From NCBI GenBank assembly GCA_951406725.2, contig OX597818.1:97278001-97342000 (forward strand): a stretch of 64,000 bases of DNA. The letters are read 5' to 3'. The notes beneath the pieces were generated by a model. That model was not told the origin of the DNA. It saw only the letters and a list, made by a program, of their open reading frames with translations, and searched no databases. The DNA comes from Octopus vulgaris. Lineage: Eukaryota. Position numbers and translations under genes: made by a program. Positions 1 through 12,840 of the stretch are shown here, piece by piece. Numbering within the stretch: position 1 is the stretch's first letter; every line of letters begins with the position of its first letter.

Positions 1-552
1 TTTTCTTTTATTTGGAAAATGGAATTTTTTCTGAAATATTATGTTATCATTTCATTAACTTCACCTGACATATTTCGCTTAACTCCTTTGCATTGCTTAA
101 AGATTTTTGCAAACATCTTTTTATATTTAAAAATTTATGTTTTTCTGAAATATTTGATCTTGTCATGGTGTCAAGTCCACACGGATAGTACTGAAGATGC
201 AGTCTTTGGAGAGAACATTTTTTTAAATGTTCTCTCCTAAATGTTCTTTTAAATGTTCTCTCTTCATTGTACACTCGTCATTTCTACAATAAGAATTGTT
301 ATCTATTTTAATCTTTGTTAAATAGTGAACTCACTTTAAAAAAAGCTACATATAGTCATCCATAAGAAAATACTCATGAACTTCTCTTTACCATTATATT
401 GTGATGATGTTACTGAAAGTTTTGAAAATGTAGTCAGAATAATGTATATATCAAAAAAAATAATACCTATAATAAATTCATTAATTTTAATTAAGGAGCA
501 ATATTGAAGATATTATTTATCTGTAGTTTTGTATTACAAGTACAAGTTGAAC

Positions 553-866
553 TTTTTCATGACTAGCCATGGGATTGCACCTAGGAAGTTACCCTCCCAG
601 GCACAAGTCTGGGCAAGGTTGTTTATGGAAGACCAGCAGTCGCCCATGCATACCGGCCTCCTCTCTCCACGCCACCAGTGTTATGCAAGGGAAAGGCAAA
701 GGCCGATACAGCTTGGTACCAGTGATGTTGCAACTCATTTCTACAGCTGGAGCAACGTGAAATAAAGTGTCTTGCTCAAGAATACAACACGCAGCCCGGT
801 CCAGGATTCAAACTCACAACCTCATGATCGTAAGCTTGACGCTCTAACCACTGAGCCATGCGCCTT
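553..866 (-). mobile_element. tRNA-derived SINE
   Basis: Reverse complement begins GGCGCATGGCTCAGTGGTTAGAGC (A box) ... GAGTTTGAATCC (B box), then cttgagcaagacacttta. Related fragment at about 24330-24590. Confidence 0.85.
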
Positions 867-3567
867 CACAAGTACATTAGTAATACTTTAATAAATCATA
901 ATACACTGTGCTGCTGTAGGGCACACGTGTGGCTGTGTGGTTAATAAGTTCACTTCCCACCCTTGTGGTTTGGGGTTCAGTCCTTCTGTATGGCACCTAT
1001 GGCAAATGTCTTTTTTTATAGTGTCAGCTTGACCAAAACCTTAAGAATGGATTTGGTAGAAAGAAGCCTATTGTGCCTATGTATATTTGTATATATGTGT
1101 GTATTGTTTGTATCTCTTCAACTAGACATTGCACAATAGTTGTAAATGTGTGTCATGGTCATACAACTGATGTGATTTGTATGTAGTCTTCCATGAAAAC
1201 ATGTCACACAGTATAAACCCACACACCACAAGTTCCAGAACATGTTTCCCCCCAAAAAAAAAAGACACATATGCATACACATATATACACCATCAAAAAA
1301 CGAAAAACATACATACATACACACAGCTAAAAATACACACACACACACAGACAAAACAACACACTACAAAAAACAAACACACATACACACCGAAGCCTTT
1401 AACACATTTAAAACCACAATTAAATATCTAAACACCCACTACCAATCAACAAATAAGGATCTGTCACACAAAGAGTTCCCTCCAAAATAAAATCACATCA
1501 TACACCCACCTACAATATACTATTTCACCAAAGCTACATGCAGGACATCCACAAGAAAATGATCAAAACTCTACTTATGGATAAAGAAGTCTTTGACAAT
1601 ATATCAGAATAATACGCACACAGCAAAACAAATAAATAAATATAATAATAACCATTCTTTCAACCATTTTCTCTGTAGGCATCTGACTAAGATTCCATGT
1701 GTGTTTGTCCCCATCACTACTTGACAACATACATACAAAGTACACAACTATATAATAATAAAAATACACACACACACACAGACAAAACAACACACTACAA
1801 AACACAAACCCGTCTGCCACAGTCAAAACAACCAACAAAAAATATTTAAACACCCCAAACAATCAACAACAAAACAGCAGAGCATAAATCAAAATCACAT
1901 AAAAAAAATATACAAACATATTTCCAATAAACAAAAACAACACACATGCAGAGACACACACAAGCACACACACAGCTGATCAAAACTACTGCTCACATCC
2001 CTTCAATAGAAAAAAAAAGATAAAAAGAAGAATACTTTGACAATATATCCCAAACATACACATACGCACACAGCAAAACAAATGGCAAATAAATCCACCC
2101 TAATTCTCTGAATAACCATCCTTAAAAAAACTTTCAACCATTTTCTCTTAGTAGAAAAAGAAAAACAGAAAAATCTTTTGACTATAGATTCCAAGTGTGT
2201 GTTTGTCCCCCATCACTACTTGACAACTGGGGCTGGTTTGTTTGCATCCCCATAACTTAGCAGTTTGGCAAACAAAGTTGGTAGAATAAGTAAAAGGCTA
2301 AAATATTTACTTTTTCAACTATATAATAATAATATATATATATGACTGTGTGTGTGTGGTCAGAAATGTGTTTCTTAACCATATGGTTGTGGGTTCAGTC
2401 CTAGCATGTGGCACTGGGCATAGCCAATTGTAGAAACCCCTGTGTAGGTAAGAGCAGAAACTACCAGCTCTGGTCAAACCAAATCATACCAGCATGGAAA
2501 ACAAGCTTAAGTGTGTGTGTGTGTGTGTTTGTCAAACCATCCAAATCATACCAGCATGGAAAACAAGCATTAAATAGTGTGTGTGTGTGTGTGTTTGTCC
2601 CTCATCACTACTTGACAACTGGGATTGGTTTGTTTGTATCCCCATAACTTAGCAGTTTAGCGAACAAATATTAGTAGATTAAGTGACAGGCTTAAATAAG
2701 CACTGGAATCAATTTGTTCTACTAAACTGTTGAAGTGGGTGCCCCAGTTGGCAATCTTCACTTGCTTTCAAGTAAGGTAATATTTCCCTTATTCCTTTGA
2801 ACACAAACAGCTCAATGGCTGGACATGTTTTCACAGAAGATTGCAAACGAATGACACCGCTTGTATAACAGTGACATTCATTTACAACCAATGCATAAAC
2901 AATTCTCTGTTGCTTTGAGCATAGGATGATTTTTAGTAAGTTTTTCATTTAACCCCGGGTCAACCTTGATCAAGCAGGCTCATGATCAAAGGTATTTCAG
3001 CTGTTAGTGTGAGACATTAATACTTTTGCCAGTAAATGTGCTGTACAGGTAAAGAGAAAATTTACTAGTCATTTGACTCATAGGTGTTGCACTATATTAA
3101 CTTGGCTATGAACAATAAGTTTTATTGAGAGAGATTTACTGCCAGTCTAACTACCGCAGCTTAAGCTTTTACATATATTAATGATGTAATATAAATGACA
3201 AATGATTTAAGCACAAAGAAGATAAAGAAGGAATCTGGTGGGAGTGGGTGGGAAGCAGAGAATTTGACAGGTAACTTTGCAATACAAACAAAGTAAATTG
3301 ACTTGAAACATGAATCAAAACCCCAAATGTTGAGAGAATAAATACATTATTAATTAAAAAAGAAATAAAAAAATAGGAGAAATTTGCTGGCAGCAAATCA
3401 ATATTTACATCATCAAGTGTAGAAGTGTGAGTAATAAGAGAGATGTATAATTGTTATATCACTACCCACAACAGCTTCGGTAGCTGTAGTAGTTTTTCAC
3501 TCATAAAATTCTGAAGCTACTTAGCTGACATTTTAGTAATGGAAAAAGCTTGCGTGTATGTCAGTCG

Positions 3568-3961
3568 TTCTTTTATTCTTTCACTTGTTTCAGTCATTTG
3601 ATTGTGGCCATGCTGGAGCACTGCCTTGAAGGGTTTTAGTTGAGCGAATCGACCCCAGGACTTATTTTTTAAAGCCTAGTACTTATTCCACCGGTCTCTG
3701 TTGCCAAACCGCTAAATTACAGGAATGTAAACACACCATCACCAGTTGTGAAGCGATGGGGGGGGGGGACAAACACACACACACATAGATATATACATAT
3801 ATGTATATGACCAGCTTCTTTCAGTTTCTGTCTACCAAATCCACTCACAAGGCTTTGGTCAGCCTGAGGCTATAGTAGAAGACACTTGCCCAGGGTGCCA
3901 TGCAGTGGGACGGAACCCAGGACCATATGGTTGGGAAGCAAGCTTCTTACTGCACAGCCAC
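3568..3961 (-). mobile_element. Abundant tRNA-derived SINE with internal (TA/CA)n microsatellite
   Basis: Shared blocks gtagaagacacttgccca, aaatccactcacaaggctttg, gaccccaggacttat and cttgtttcagtcatttg recur at about 925, 2340, 13100, 16695, 22190, 23918, 25550, 34450 and 59472. Confidence 0.88.
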
Positions 3962-4176
3962 ATTTATTTTTAATTTCAGGAGTTGGTGCTCTCTCTTCAT
4001 TATACGATTAATTTTAACAGCAAATCTCTCTGGGCATCTTTGTCACTATATGTTTTCTCATTCTCTTCTTTCAGCCAAAGATGACAAATTACCTCAGAAC
4101 CAGCTGTAATTATATTTTATTTTAAAACTCAATGATAATCATTTCATCAGTTTGATGGGTTTATAGTTAATCAGTG

Positions 4177-4319
4177 ATGATGCCACCCAACTCCCTCCAG
4201 GTGATATTTGGTGGTGCTCTCCAAGGCATCTGTGATTCACTCAGGGGTACCATAAAATTTTACAAGATTTGTGTAGAATCTTCTCAGAAAGAGAAAGAGA
4301 AGAAGAAAAAGAAAAACAC
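4177..4319 (+). CDS. EI24: EI24 (etoposide-induced 2.4 / autophagy-associated transmembrane protein) coding exon 1
   Basis: ATG 4177 follows an in-frame TAA (4168). Translates MMPPNSLQVIFGGALQGICDSLRGTIKFYKICVESSQKEKEKKKKKN(T), resembling the EI24 N-terminus (GIxDSxxG). Donor AC|gtaagt, phase 2. Confidence 0.85.
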
Positions 4320-4968
4320 GTAAGTTTTTCTCATTGAATTATCATTATTATTGATGTAAAAATACATTTTTGTTTTTATTTATTTGTTTTATTAAATTCT
4401 TCATTATTTTGAAAACTGATTAAAGAAAAAAAAAAAAAAAAAATAAGATATACACATTGCTTCCCAACCATACCAGTCCTACACAAAAAAAACTACCCCC
4501 TATAGAAGAGAGAGAGAAGAAAAAAAACCAAATCAAAAAAAAACCCCCCACCACCCCCACACAAAAAAAAAAAAAAAAAAAAAAAACCAAAATGACTGGC
4601 ACCCTTGCCAGTAGAGCACTAACAGCTCTATCCGAGCGGGATCACTGCCAGAGCAGCTGTCCAGCTTCCGTGCCGGTGACACGTAGAAAGTACCATTTGA
4701 GTGTGATCACAAAAAAAAAAAAAAAAAAACAAAAAAAAAAAAACAACCACCCACCACAAAACCCCACCAAAAACCACCCACACACTCAGAAACCACCCAG
4801 AAACTCCCCCAAGAGCCCACCCCCCCCCCCCAAATCGTCCAACCCAACAAAAAAAAATGATATATATATATATATATCATCATCATCATCATCATATATC
4901 CCACATCACACACAACACACAACAACAACAGAAAACACCACACCAACACCACACCACCCAACACCAAC

Positions 4969-5002
<34 letters not shown>

Positions 5003-5354
5003 ACAAAGCCCCAAAACCCCCCCCCCCAAAAAACAAAAAAAAAAAAACAGAAAGGAGAAAGGAAAAAAAGACCCAACAAAACCCACAAACAAAAGGGGAA
5101 GGAAAAGTGAATTTTAACCCTCTGTCATGTCAAAAATGTCAAGAGACTGTCTTTCAATCGGCATTAACAGGCTAAGGGGTACAAGGCAAGGAGAAAGTGG
5201 CTGCAAATATAAATATATAATCCCCGTACTTGCAACATTTACAGGCTTCTTTGCAAATCGTTGGCGGGACTCAAAAGTCACATTCAACATAAGCATTATG
5301 ACTGACAAAGGTGTAGGTTGTCGGATCCTCACACGTCAAAACTGATGGAGTTCA

Positions 5355-5425
<71 letters not shown>

Positions 5426-5449
5426 TGTGTGTATATGTGTGTGTGTTAT

Positions 5450-5669
5450 ATAAAATGTGACAACAAAGCCAAGGCTGTGTGGAGTTTTCAGGACATTTAT
5501 AAAGAGAAAGTTAGTCTTACAGCTGTTTCTGGGATATTAGGGATATCCCTTTATCAGAGATGATGTGAAATGGTTAAATAGAGGGAAATATTAGAGTTCG
5601 ATATAGGAGTTATTTTGGAAAAGGAAGCTGAAAACTCCACACAGCCTTGGCTTTGTTGTCTCATTTTAT
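5450..5669. mobile_element. Penelope-like pLTR remnant with 42-bp inverted repeats
   Basis: 5450-5491 and 5628-5669 are reverse complements (1 mismatch). They enclose a hammerhead-like core on the - strand (5518-5557). Confidence 0.65.
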
Positions 5670-5905
5670 TTAACATATACATGCTCATACAAGACCCTTA
5701 TTAAACTCCTCCCTTGTATCGTTATCGAACCAAGAGTTTAACTACAGCCCTTCTATAGCATTTACATAGCGTTACCTGCCACCTTAGGTCTTCTGGATAC
5801 CTATACCTCTCATATATATATGGACACACACATGTCCATATACGTGCATATATATATATACATATATACACACACACACACGTGTGCATATATATATATA
5901 TATAC

Positions 5906-5947
<42 letters not shown>

Positions 5948-6027
5948 CATCATCATCATCAACATCATCATAGTGTAAATCTTATTAAACTTCAGTGTTT
6001 TTCTCTTTCTCTCTTTTGTCACTGTAG

Positions 6028-6088
6028 AGAACCTTCTTTGATGAAGAACATTTTAACTTGCTGCTTCTGGAATGGAGGTGTCTTTCTG
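6028..6088 (+). CDS. EI24: EI24 coding exon 2
   Basis: Acceptor tgtag, donor CTG|gtatat, 61 nt. EPSLMKNILTCCFWNGGVFL matches the conserved EI24 motif CCxWNGGVF; phase joins exon 1. Confidence 0.93.
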
Positions 6089-6486
6089 GTATATATCTTT
6101 TACCTTATATTATTATCTCTCTTTTCATCATTATTTTTTCAAGCTGCTATTGATTAAGTAAGTTTTTAACATGTGTCTGATTCCTGTAACATCTAACATA
6201 AGTGCTCTTAGCTAAAGATCTACTTCAATTCTTCTCTTGTTTCTCTGGTCCACCTCTTTCTCATGTAATCTCTTGAAATACTTTGTACATTTTTATATAT
6301 AAATGCATTTGGTATATTAAAAACTTTGGTTCACATCCTGTTTTACATTGTCAGTTATACCAATAGAATTCTTATATACCCCTTTTTCTGCAATCAAATC
6401 TGTTGACTTTGTTGACTATGAGCTGTTTATGAACACCTTATTCTTAAACCAAGTTTATCTTCAGATATTTTTTGAGTTCTATTCTT

Positions 6487-7050
6487 CATCATCATCACCA
6501 TCATTTAACATCCGCTTTCCATGCTAGCATGGGTTGGACGATTTTGGCTGAGGGCTGGCGAATCAGATGGCTACACCAGGCTCCAATCTTGATTTGGCAG
6601 AGTTTCTACAGCTGGATGCCCTTCCTAACACCAACCACTCCGAGAGTGTAGTGGGTGCTTTTTACGTGCCATCGGCACGGAGGTCAGTCAGGCAGTACTG
6701 GCAACGACCTCGCTCAAATCTTTTTACACATGCCACCAACACAGTTGCCAGTAAGGCGATGTTGGTAACGATCACGCTCAAATGGTGCCCTTTTACATGC
6801 CACCAGCACAGAAGCCAGTTGGCTGCTCTAGCGACGATCACGCTCGGATGGTGCTCTTGGCACCCTACTAGCATGGGCACAAGTGCCAGTAAGGCGATGT
6901 TGGTAACGATCACACTTGAATGGTGTCTTTTATGTGCCACTGGCATGGAAGCCGGTTAGCCGCTCTGTCAACGATTACGCTCGTATGGTGCTCTTTGCAC
7001 CCCACTAGTATGGATGCCAGTCATCGAATGTGATTTTGATTTTGATTCTT
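6487..7050 (-). mobile_element. Non-autonomous retroposon sharing an RTE LINE 3' tail, with internal tandem units and (GAT)n tail
   Basis: Core gctggatgcccttcctaac(a/g)ccaaccactccg with a (CAT)n end. Copies at 8150-8347, 13995-14480, 21100-21327 and 35510-35650; the same tail follows the RTE RT at 51500-51696. Confidence 0.8.
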
Positions 7051-7867
7051 GGTGTTAAATTTTTTTTTGTGACTTCTGATTTGGTCCTGCATTGAGAACC
7101 ACCTTGTCTGCTTACAAAAACATCTGCTCTCAAAATTACTTTGAATTGGCTTCATGGAAAAATGTTGATGTCTATTCTCAAAAATAACACTTGTGATTCA
7201 ATTCAGTAGATCTAAATCCATGTCAATTTTATCTTGATTGACTGAGAATCGGGACTTCAAAAAGCCATCCTGAAGCTCTGCTCTTTTGAAGACAAGTTGA
7301 CTTTATATATCCCTTCTTGAAAAACAAGTACATTAGCAACTCTAAGGTAAACTGGCTGTAAAACAATGCCTCATTAATTTGTAACCTTCTAATCCATGCT
7401 AACATAGAGAAGCAGATGCAAAATGAGAGAAGGGATGAAGATAAATTTAAATAAGAGTAAAAACCTATTCTAGAATGAGAATCAATGTTATATTTTGTTC
7501 ATGGAAGAATGCCTGCTATAGCTATCCTAATAATGTCTTTGACTCTAAATTAGAGATTATATTTATTGTTTTTATTTTCAACTAGATTTGCAATGTAATG
7601 TGTGTGTGTGTATGTATTACTACTTCTGTGGCTGCATAAAAATTACATTCATTTGTATCCTATATGTTATCATGATTAATATTTTGTGATTGTTAAAAAA
7701 TTTATCGTTTCATGTTTTAAAATTAAGAGCTGGAGGGTAGAGTTCCATGCTTAGTTCACAATTGTTAGCTATCTCACCTGTATTAACATATGTCTGATAA
7801 ACTTATATGTATATAATATATATTACATCTTCATTGTATTTACCACATTTCTTTTTTTCTTTTCAAG

Positions 7868-7934
7868 GCCAGTATATTAGGTTTTAATTACATTCTGCTC
7901 CCTATTGTGCAAAACATAATCCAGTTTATATTTG
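7868..7934 (+). CDS. EI24: EI24 coding exon 3
   Basis: Polypyrimidine tract plus caag acceptor, donor G|gtaagt, 67 nt. ASILGFNYILLPIVQNIIQFIF(G), hydrophobic and frame-consistent. Confidence 0.9.
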
Positions 7935-8399
7935 GTAAGTTTTATTATTTCATCAATGTCAATTTGATTTTAGATTTAAAATCAAACATTCTGCACACTA
8001 CCCACCCTTGCTTATTCACCTAAAAATTTCAGACACTTGTTACAGTGGAGAAATGGATTATAACTGATAAGAAAAGTATAACAGTTTAAGGGTTAAAGTT
8101 CAAATGAAAATAATGTATAAATCAGTCAATACACTTCATGTAGATAAAATCATCATCATCATCATCATCATTTAGCGTCCGTTTTCCATGCTAGCATGGG
8201 TTGGACGGTTCAACTGGGGTCTGGGGAGCCCGAAGGCTGCACCAGGCCAGTCAGATCTGGCAGTGTTTCTACAGCTGGATGCCCTTCCTAACGCCAACCA
8301 CTCCGAGAGTGTAGTGGGTGATTTTATGTGCCACCGACACAGGTGCCGTTATATATATATTTTTTCTTCATTGAGGAGAAAGGGAAGAACCCATGGAAT

Positions 8400-9450
8400 T
8401 TTTACCTCAGCACTAGACAGTGTGGTTAATACTATTGGTACTCACTTTGAACTTTTTTAGGCTGATGTCTGTAGGTAAAACAAGGACAGTAAATATGTTC
8501 TAAGTGCTGCAGTTTTGGGTTAGAAAAGACTAAGTGAAGTATTTAATGAAGGTTTTCTTTACAGGTGTGACAGTAAGGTTGATGAGAGGGGAAATTTGAA
8601 GTGATGGAGTGTAACTTGCTAGCTCAAGGTAGGAAAAGCTATTGAGGCAGCAGTAGACAAGAAAATATTAAAGGTGGAGGAGTCTTTATTGATCAGCCAG
8701 GTGGTTTATGGATACTGTCCCAGAATGCTTGTATGTGTAAGCATAGCAGCTGTACCATCTTAGATATTAAAGTAGTAATGTAGTATTGCCATCTGTTGTG
8801 TTTTGTCAAGGTTTATTGAAGATTGAACACTGGTGGTATCAGGGTTTGAAGAAACATTAAGAAAGTTTTGATGGTGAAAGAATATGAGAAATATAACAAA
8901 GCCTTGAGGTATTCCAGAGTTGATAGAATGTTGATTGGAGAATGCTGCAACAGAGTAATGTGAAAAGAATCTTTCAATATAAGAGATCAAGGACTGATGA
9001 AGGCCTCAGGGAAGCTTCATTACAACGAGGTTCTTATGGTCAAGAGTTACAATTTAGTTTTTTTTTTTTTGCCATCTCTAAAAACAAGATTTTGCTGGTG
9101 TCTAACACAAGAAGAGCAAATCTTTAGTAGATCTAAGGAAACCATACTGCTGATCACTGAACAGGGTAAGAGGGTCAAAGTAATAAAAGAGGTGACTGTT
9201 TATGGCTGTTGAAATATGAAGTGCTGGCTAAAGTCTGGTACTTGATAGCATTTGGAGTTGTCTTTTAGGGAGACAGGATGCACTGGTATGTGATTCAATA
9301 GAAGAGGATAAATAACCAGAGAGAGAAAATTTAAAGAGCTCGTTGAGGATAAGAACCGTCTTGGGACAATGGTAGTAATGATATCAGGATTGGTCATGTT
9401 GGGTTGAAGTGACCAGAGAAGTTTTCACATTTGACTTGTTGTGTAAGGCA
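8400..9450 (-). mobile_element. Highly decayed CR1/L2-like LINE ORF2 fragment
   Basis: Minus-strand translation HSINSGIPQGFV resembles the RT GVPQGS motif; many stops and frameshifts. Confidence 0.55.
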
Positions 9451-10059
9451 GTGAGACAAGTTCGTTTGGGAAGTATTGTGTGTGTGTATGTGTGGAGGGG
9501 AATTGGAAACAACAGAGTGAGCCTCAAGGCTACTGCTTACCAAGCCATCTTGCTTGAGGGGTAACAACTTAGAGGTTTCTTCAAAATTGGTAAAGATCTT
9601 GTAAAGGACTTACAAATCAGACTGTAGTTTGCGAGGTTAAAGTGATGCTTCAAGGCATCTTTTGCTTTCTTATCTCATACTGCATGCCTTTCTTTGTAAA
9701 TGTTTCCCAGTTGACAATGATGTGTGATTTCTATAATTGATGGTGGAAGACCAACATTGTGATTATTGGTTTTTATAAAGGCCTCTTTAAAATGTCAGAG
9801 TCCATAGAAATTATTTCCTACTCCTGTGAACTTTATAATCTGCTATTCTCCATTCAATACTTGCTTTTCCACAAAAAACTGTTTTCCAGTCATTTACCAC
9901 CAGAACACTCTTCTTTTCAATCATCCTTTTCTCTAAAAATGTTTTCCTTATGTAACAACTAAATTATCCTACCTAAAGTTGATATTCAACATATATAGGG
10001 CCTATGAAGTCTTATGTTGTTTTATTGTTCTTCATTGGACACTTTAATGATTTTTGCAG

Positions 10060-10184
10060 GTGAAACAGTATATGATGGAGTAGTTTGGCTGTGGATCTAC
10101 CAAATTCTTTCATGGACATTTAATACTCTTTGGGTTCTTCCTTTGTTTGTTGTCAGTAAAATAGTAAACTGCTTCTGGTTTCAG
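10060..10184 (+). CDS. EI24: EI24 coding exon 4
   Basis: Acceptor tttgcag, donor CAG|gttggt, 125 nt. ETVYDGVVWLWIYQILSWTFNTLWVLPLFVVSKIVNCFWFQ contains the EI24 signature LWVLPLFVxSKxVNxxWFQ. Confidence 0.95.
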
Positions 10185-10650
10185 GTTGGTATATTTATTA
10201 TTCATTGTCTTTGAATATCCTGCCATTTTGATAGCCTTTGCATTTTTATATCATTTTTATTATAAATCAGTTGGTAGGATTTGATTGAAGGGAATTGGAT
10301 AGGTTATTTTAGCAATATCTGAAATTGTAAAGTGTCCTGTCTCAGTTTGGTGTTTGTAATGATAAGTAGCCTACTCTGCTGTGCTAAGTGGCTGGTGAAT
10401 TATATGTTAAACAAGTAGAGATGAAATTGTATAGTCAAGACATCATTCATCTTCTGTAAAAACATGCCTGGTCATGGGAAAATGTTACCTTGCTTGGAAA
10501 CAAATGAGGTTTGGTGACAAAAAGTGCATCTGGCTGTAGAAAATCTGCCTTGACAGAATTCCATATGATCCATGCAATTATTGAAAGGTGGATGTTAAAT
10601 GATTATGATAATGATGATTATAAAACAAAATGCTATTTACTCTCTCATAG

Positions 10651-10767
10651 GACATTGCTGACCAAGCCTACAAGACCACACGTGGACGACCTCGGGCATT
10701 ACCATTCAGTACCATGGTAGCTGATACATGCTTCAGTGTTTTACTTCATCTAATATTCCTGATACAG
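10651..10767 (+). CDS. EI24: EI24 coding exon 5
   Basis: Acceptor ctcatag, donor CAG|gtaatt, 117 nt. DIADQAYKTTRGRPRALPFSTMVADTCFSVLLHLIFLIQ (EI24 DIADxA...AD...FLIQ). Confidence 0.95.
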
Positions 10768-11005
10768 GTAATTATAACAAATAATAACCTAGCAGGTGTT
10801 CAACTTTCTTATATATTTTTTTGTGAAAAGGTCCTGCTTAGAATATTTATTAATCTAAAATTCTGAATGCCTAAGGTATAAACTACTATTGTAAAGCAAA
10901 TATGCAATTATCAGAACTGTTTAGCTTTGCACACTTGGTACATCAAGAATGTTTCTTAGCACCATTCCCTAGGTTTTGGTTATTGAGGTGTTACTACAGA
11001 AGTTA

Positions 11006-11553
11006 GGGATCTTTACCTTTTGACCGACAGATTAAAAAAATAATTTTTTGTAACTAAACACTTTCAAACTTCGGACACTGGTAGAATGTGTCGTATAAAA
11101 CATCTTTTACTCTTAGCGTTTTTGCGAAAAGCTTATATTTAGGAAGTTATTTCACATTAAAGTTGTAGTATTTCGGTAATTTTAACCAATCGATGATGTG
11201 TATTCAGCTGAATAAAATTACTGCTGTTGTTTGTCAACAAGAACTTCTGGCGGTGTATATTTCATTTGTCATTGTTATTTATGACAATCCTAAATCTAAA
11301 CCCCTAACCCTAACCCCAAAGCTAAAACCAGTACAAATGCACGAACAATGTCATAAATAACAGTGACACATGAAAAATACATCACCGATTGTTGTTGACA
11401 AACAACGGCAGTAATTTTATTAAGCTGAATATACATCATTGATTGGTTGAAATTACCGAAATACTACAACTTTAACGTGAAATAACTTCCTAAATATAAG
11501 CTTTTCTCAAAAACGCTAAGAGTAAAATATGTTTTATATGACACATTCTACCA
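11006..11553. mobile_element. Fold-back MITE-like element in EI24 intron 5
   Basis: Inverted arms of about 205 bp (11079-11286 / 11349-11553) around a spacer containing CCCTAA-like repeats. Confidence 0.8.
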
Positions 11554-12618
11554 TGTTACAGAAATTTATATGATCCATACCAATACTGGAGGAATATAAA
11601 CTGATTAATGGTGATATATTTTTGGTCTTCTGGTTCAGTGCCTAGAAAGGCAAGTCTTGTTAGCCAGTGTTTGTTGCTGGAACAGTGGTCTGATTAGAAT
11701 GCTCAGTGTTTGGTTCAGCCTCTAAGTGGTTAGGTATTGGGACAAGGTCATTACCAGGGTTAGGGTTGTAAAACAATGGCCTGACTGATTGTGTCATTTC
11801 CCTGCAGTTCACAGCAAAAGCATGTTCAGAATTTTTAACATGTTATGACATGTTGTATGATATTTTATACAAAAATGATTCATTCAAACCATGTCATTTG
11901 TTTCCATTTCACCACATAACTATGTCCAGGCTGCATTTTGTTCAAAAGATTGCAAAATTATTACTTTGTTTGGAAACAAGTGAGGGGTGGCAACGGGAAA
12001 AGAATCTGCTCCAAAATATTCTGTTTGACCCATGCAAACATGAAAAACCTTAAAATGATGGTGATGATGATAAATATATCCTTTTCATTCTGTAGATTCT
12101 ATAACTTCCCTACAAATGAGTCGCATTGACTGAACCCGGAACCATGTGGTTGGTTAGCAAGCTACTTACCACACAGCCACTCCTGCGCCTATCCTAATTT
12201 TAATTTATGAATAAGCTGGCTAGCTGTCTGAACTGTTAATATTATTGCTATTTCTCCTCTAATTGCCTTGTAAGTTCCAATTTTGGGTTTAGAGATGAAG
12301 TCATATTGAATATATTAAAAGATGCAGGGTGAAAGGGATTCAAAAAGTAGGCAAATTAACATGCTAGTTATTTAGGGGAAGGTGCAGAGTGCTTGAGAGA
12401 AAAGGTATATTTTTTGCAGGTGTAAAATAACAGGATGCATTCTAGTGAAATATCACTCTCCCTTGGCCATTATTTTTGGCATTCTTTGTTAATCTGGCAA
12501 TCCAGCCATGACACATCATGGTATAACTATCTGAGATATGCATGCAATCTCTGAACAACTACCATAACATTATGTAACAAGGGACAAATAGTTTGCTATT
12601 ATTATCTATGATTATAAA

Positions 12619-12840
12619 GGTGGTGAGCTGGTAGAATTGTTAGCACGCTGGACGAAATACTGAGCAGTGTTTTGCCTGTCGCTATGTTCTGAGTTCAAAT
12701 TCTGCTGAGGTTGACTTTTCCTTTCATTCCTTCAGAGTTGGTAAATTAAGTACCAGTGAAACATTGGGATTGATGTAATCAACTTGTTCCCTCCCACCAC
12801 AAAATCTCAGGCCTTGTATCTATAGTAGAAAGAATTATTA
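12619..12840 (+). mobile_element. tRNA-derived SINE with a gcctttcatcctt..ggggtcgataaa..agtaccag central domain (MetaSINE-like)
   Basis: A-box/B-box-like head followed by the central domain. Other copies at about 20680-20870, 30120-30330, 31490-31690, 49780-49975 and 53000-53235. The family name is from recollection. Confidence 0.75.

Noticed and set aside
1240-2330. Imperfect ~450-bp tandem duplication and His/Thr/Lys-rich ORFs
   Set aside because: Scrambled A/C-biased sequence with garbled SINE pieces; looks like low-quality long-read consensus rather than biology.
4457-5110. 217-aa Lys/Pro/Thr-rich ORF and antisense ORFs
   Set aside because: Homopolymer A/C runs and a retroposon fragment inside EI24 intron 1; low-complexity and probably error-rich.
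6660-7010. CRISPR-like repeat-spacer array
   Set aside because: Eukaryotic context; units are degenerate tandem repeats within a retroposon, with no unique spacers and no cas genes.
11289-11320. Interstitial telomere or chromosome-fusion relic
   Set aside because: Only 2-3 degenerate CCCTAA units, inside a MITE spacer.
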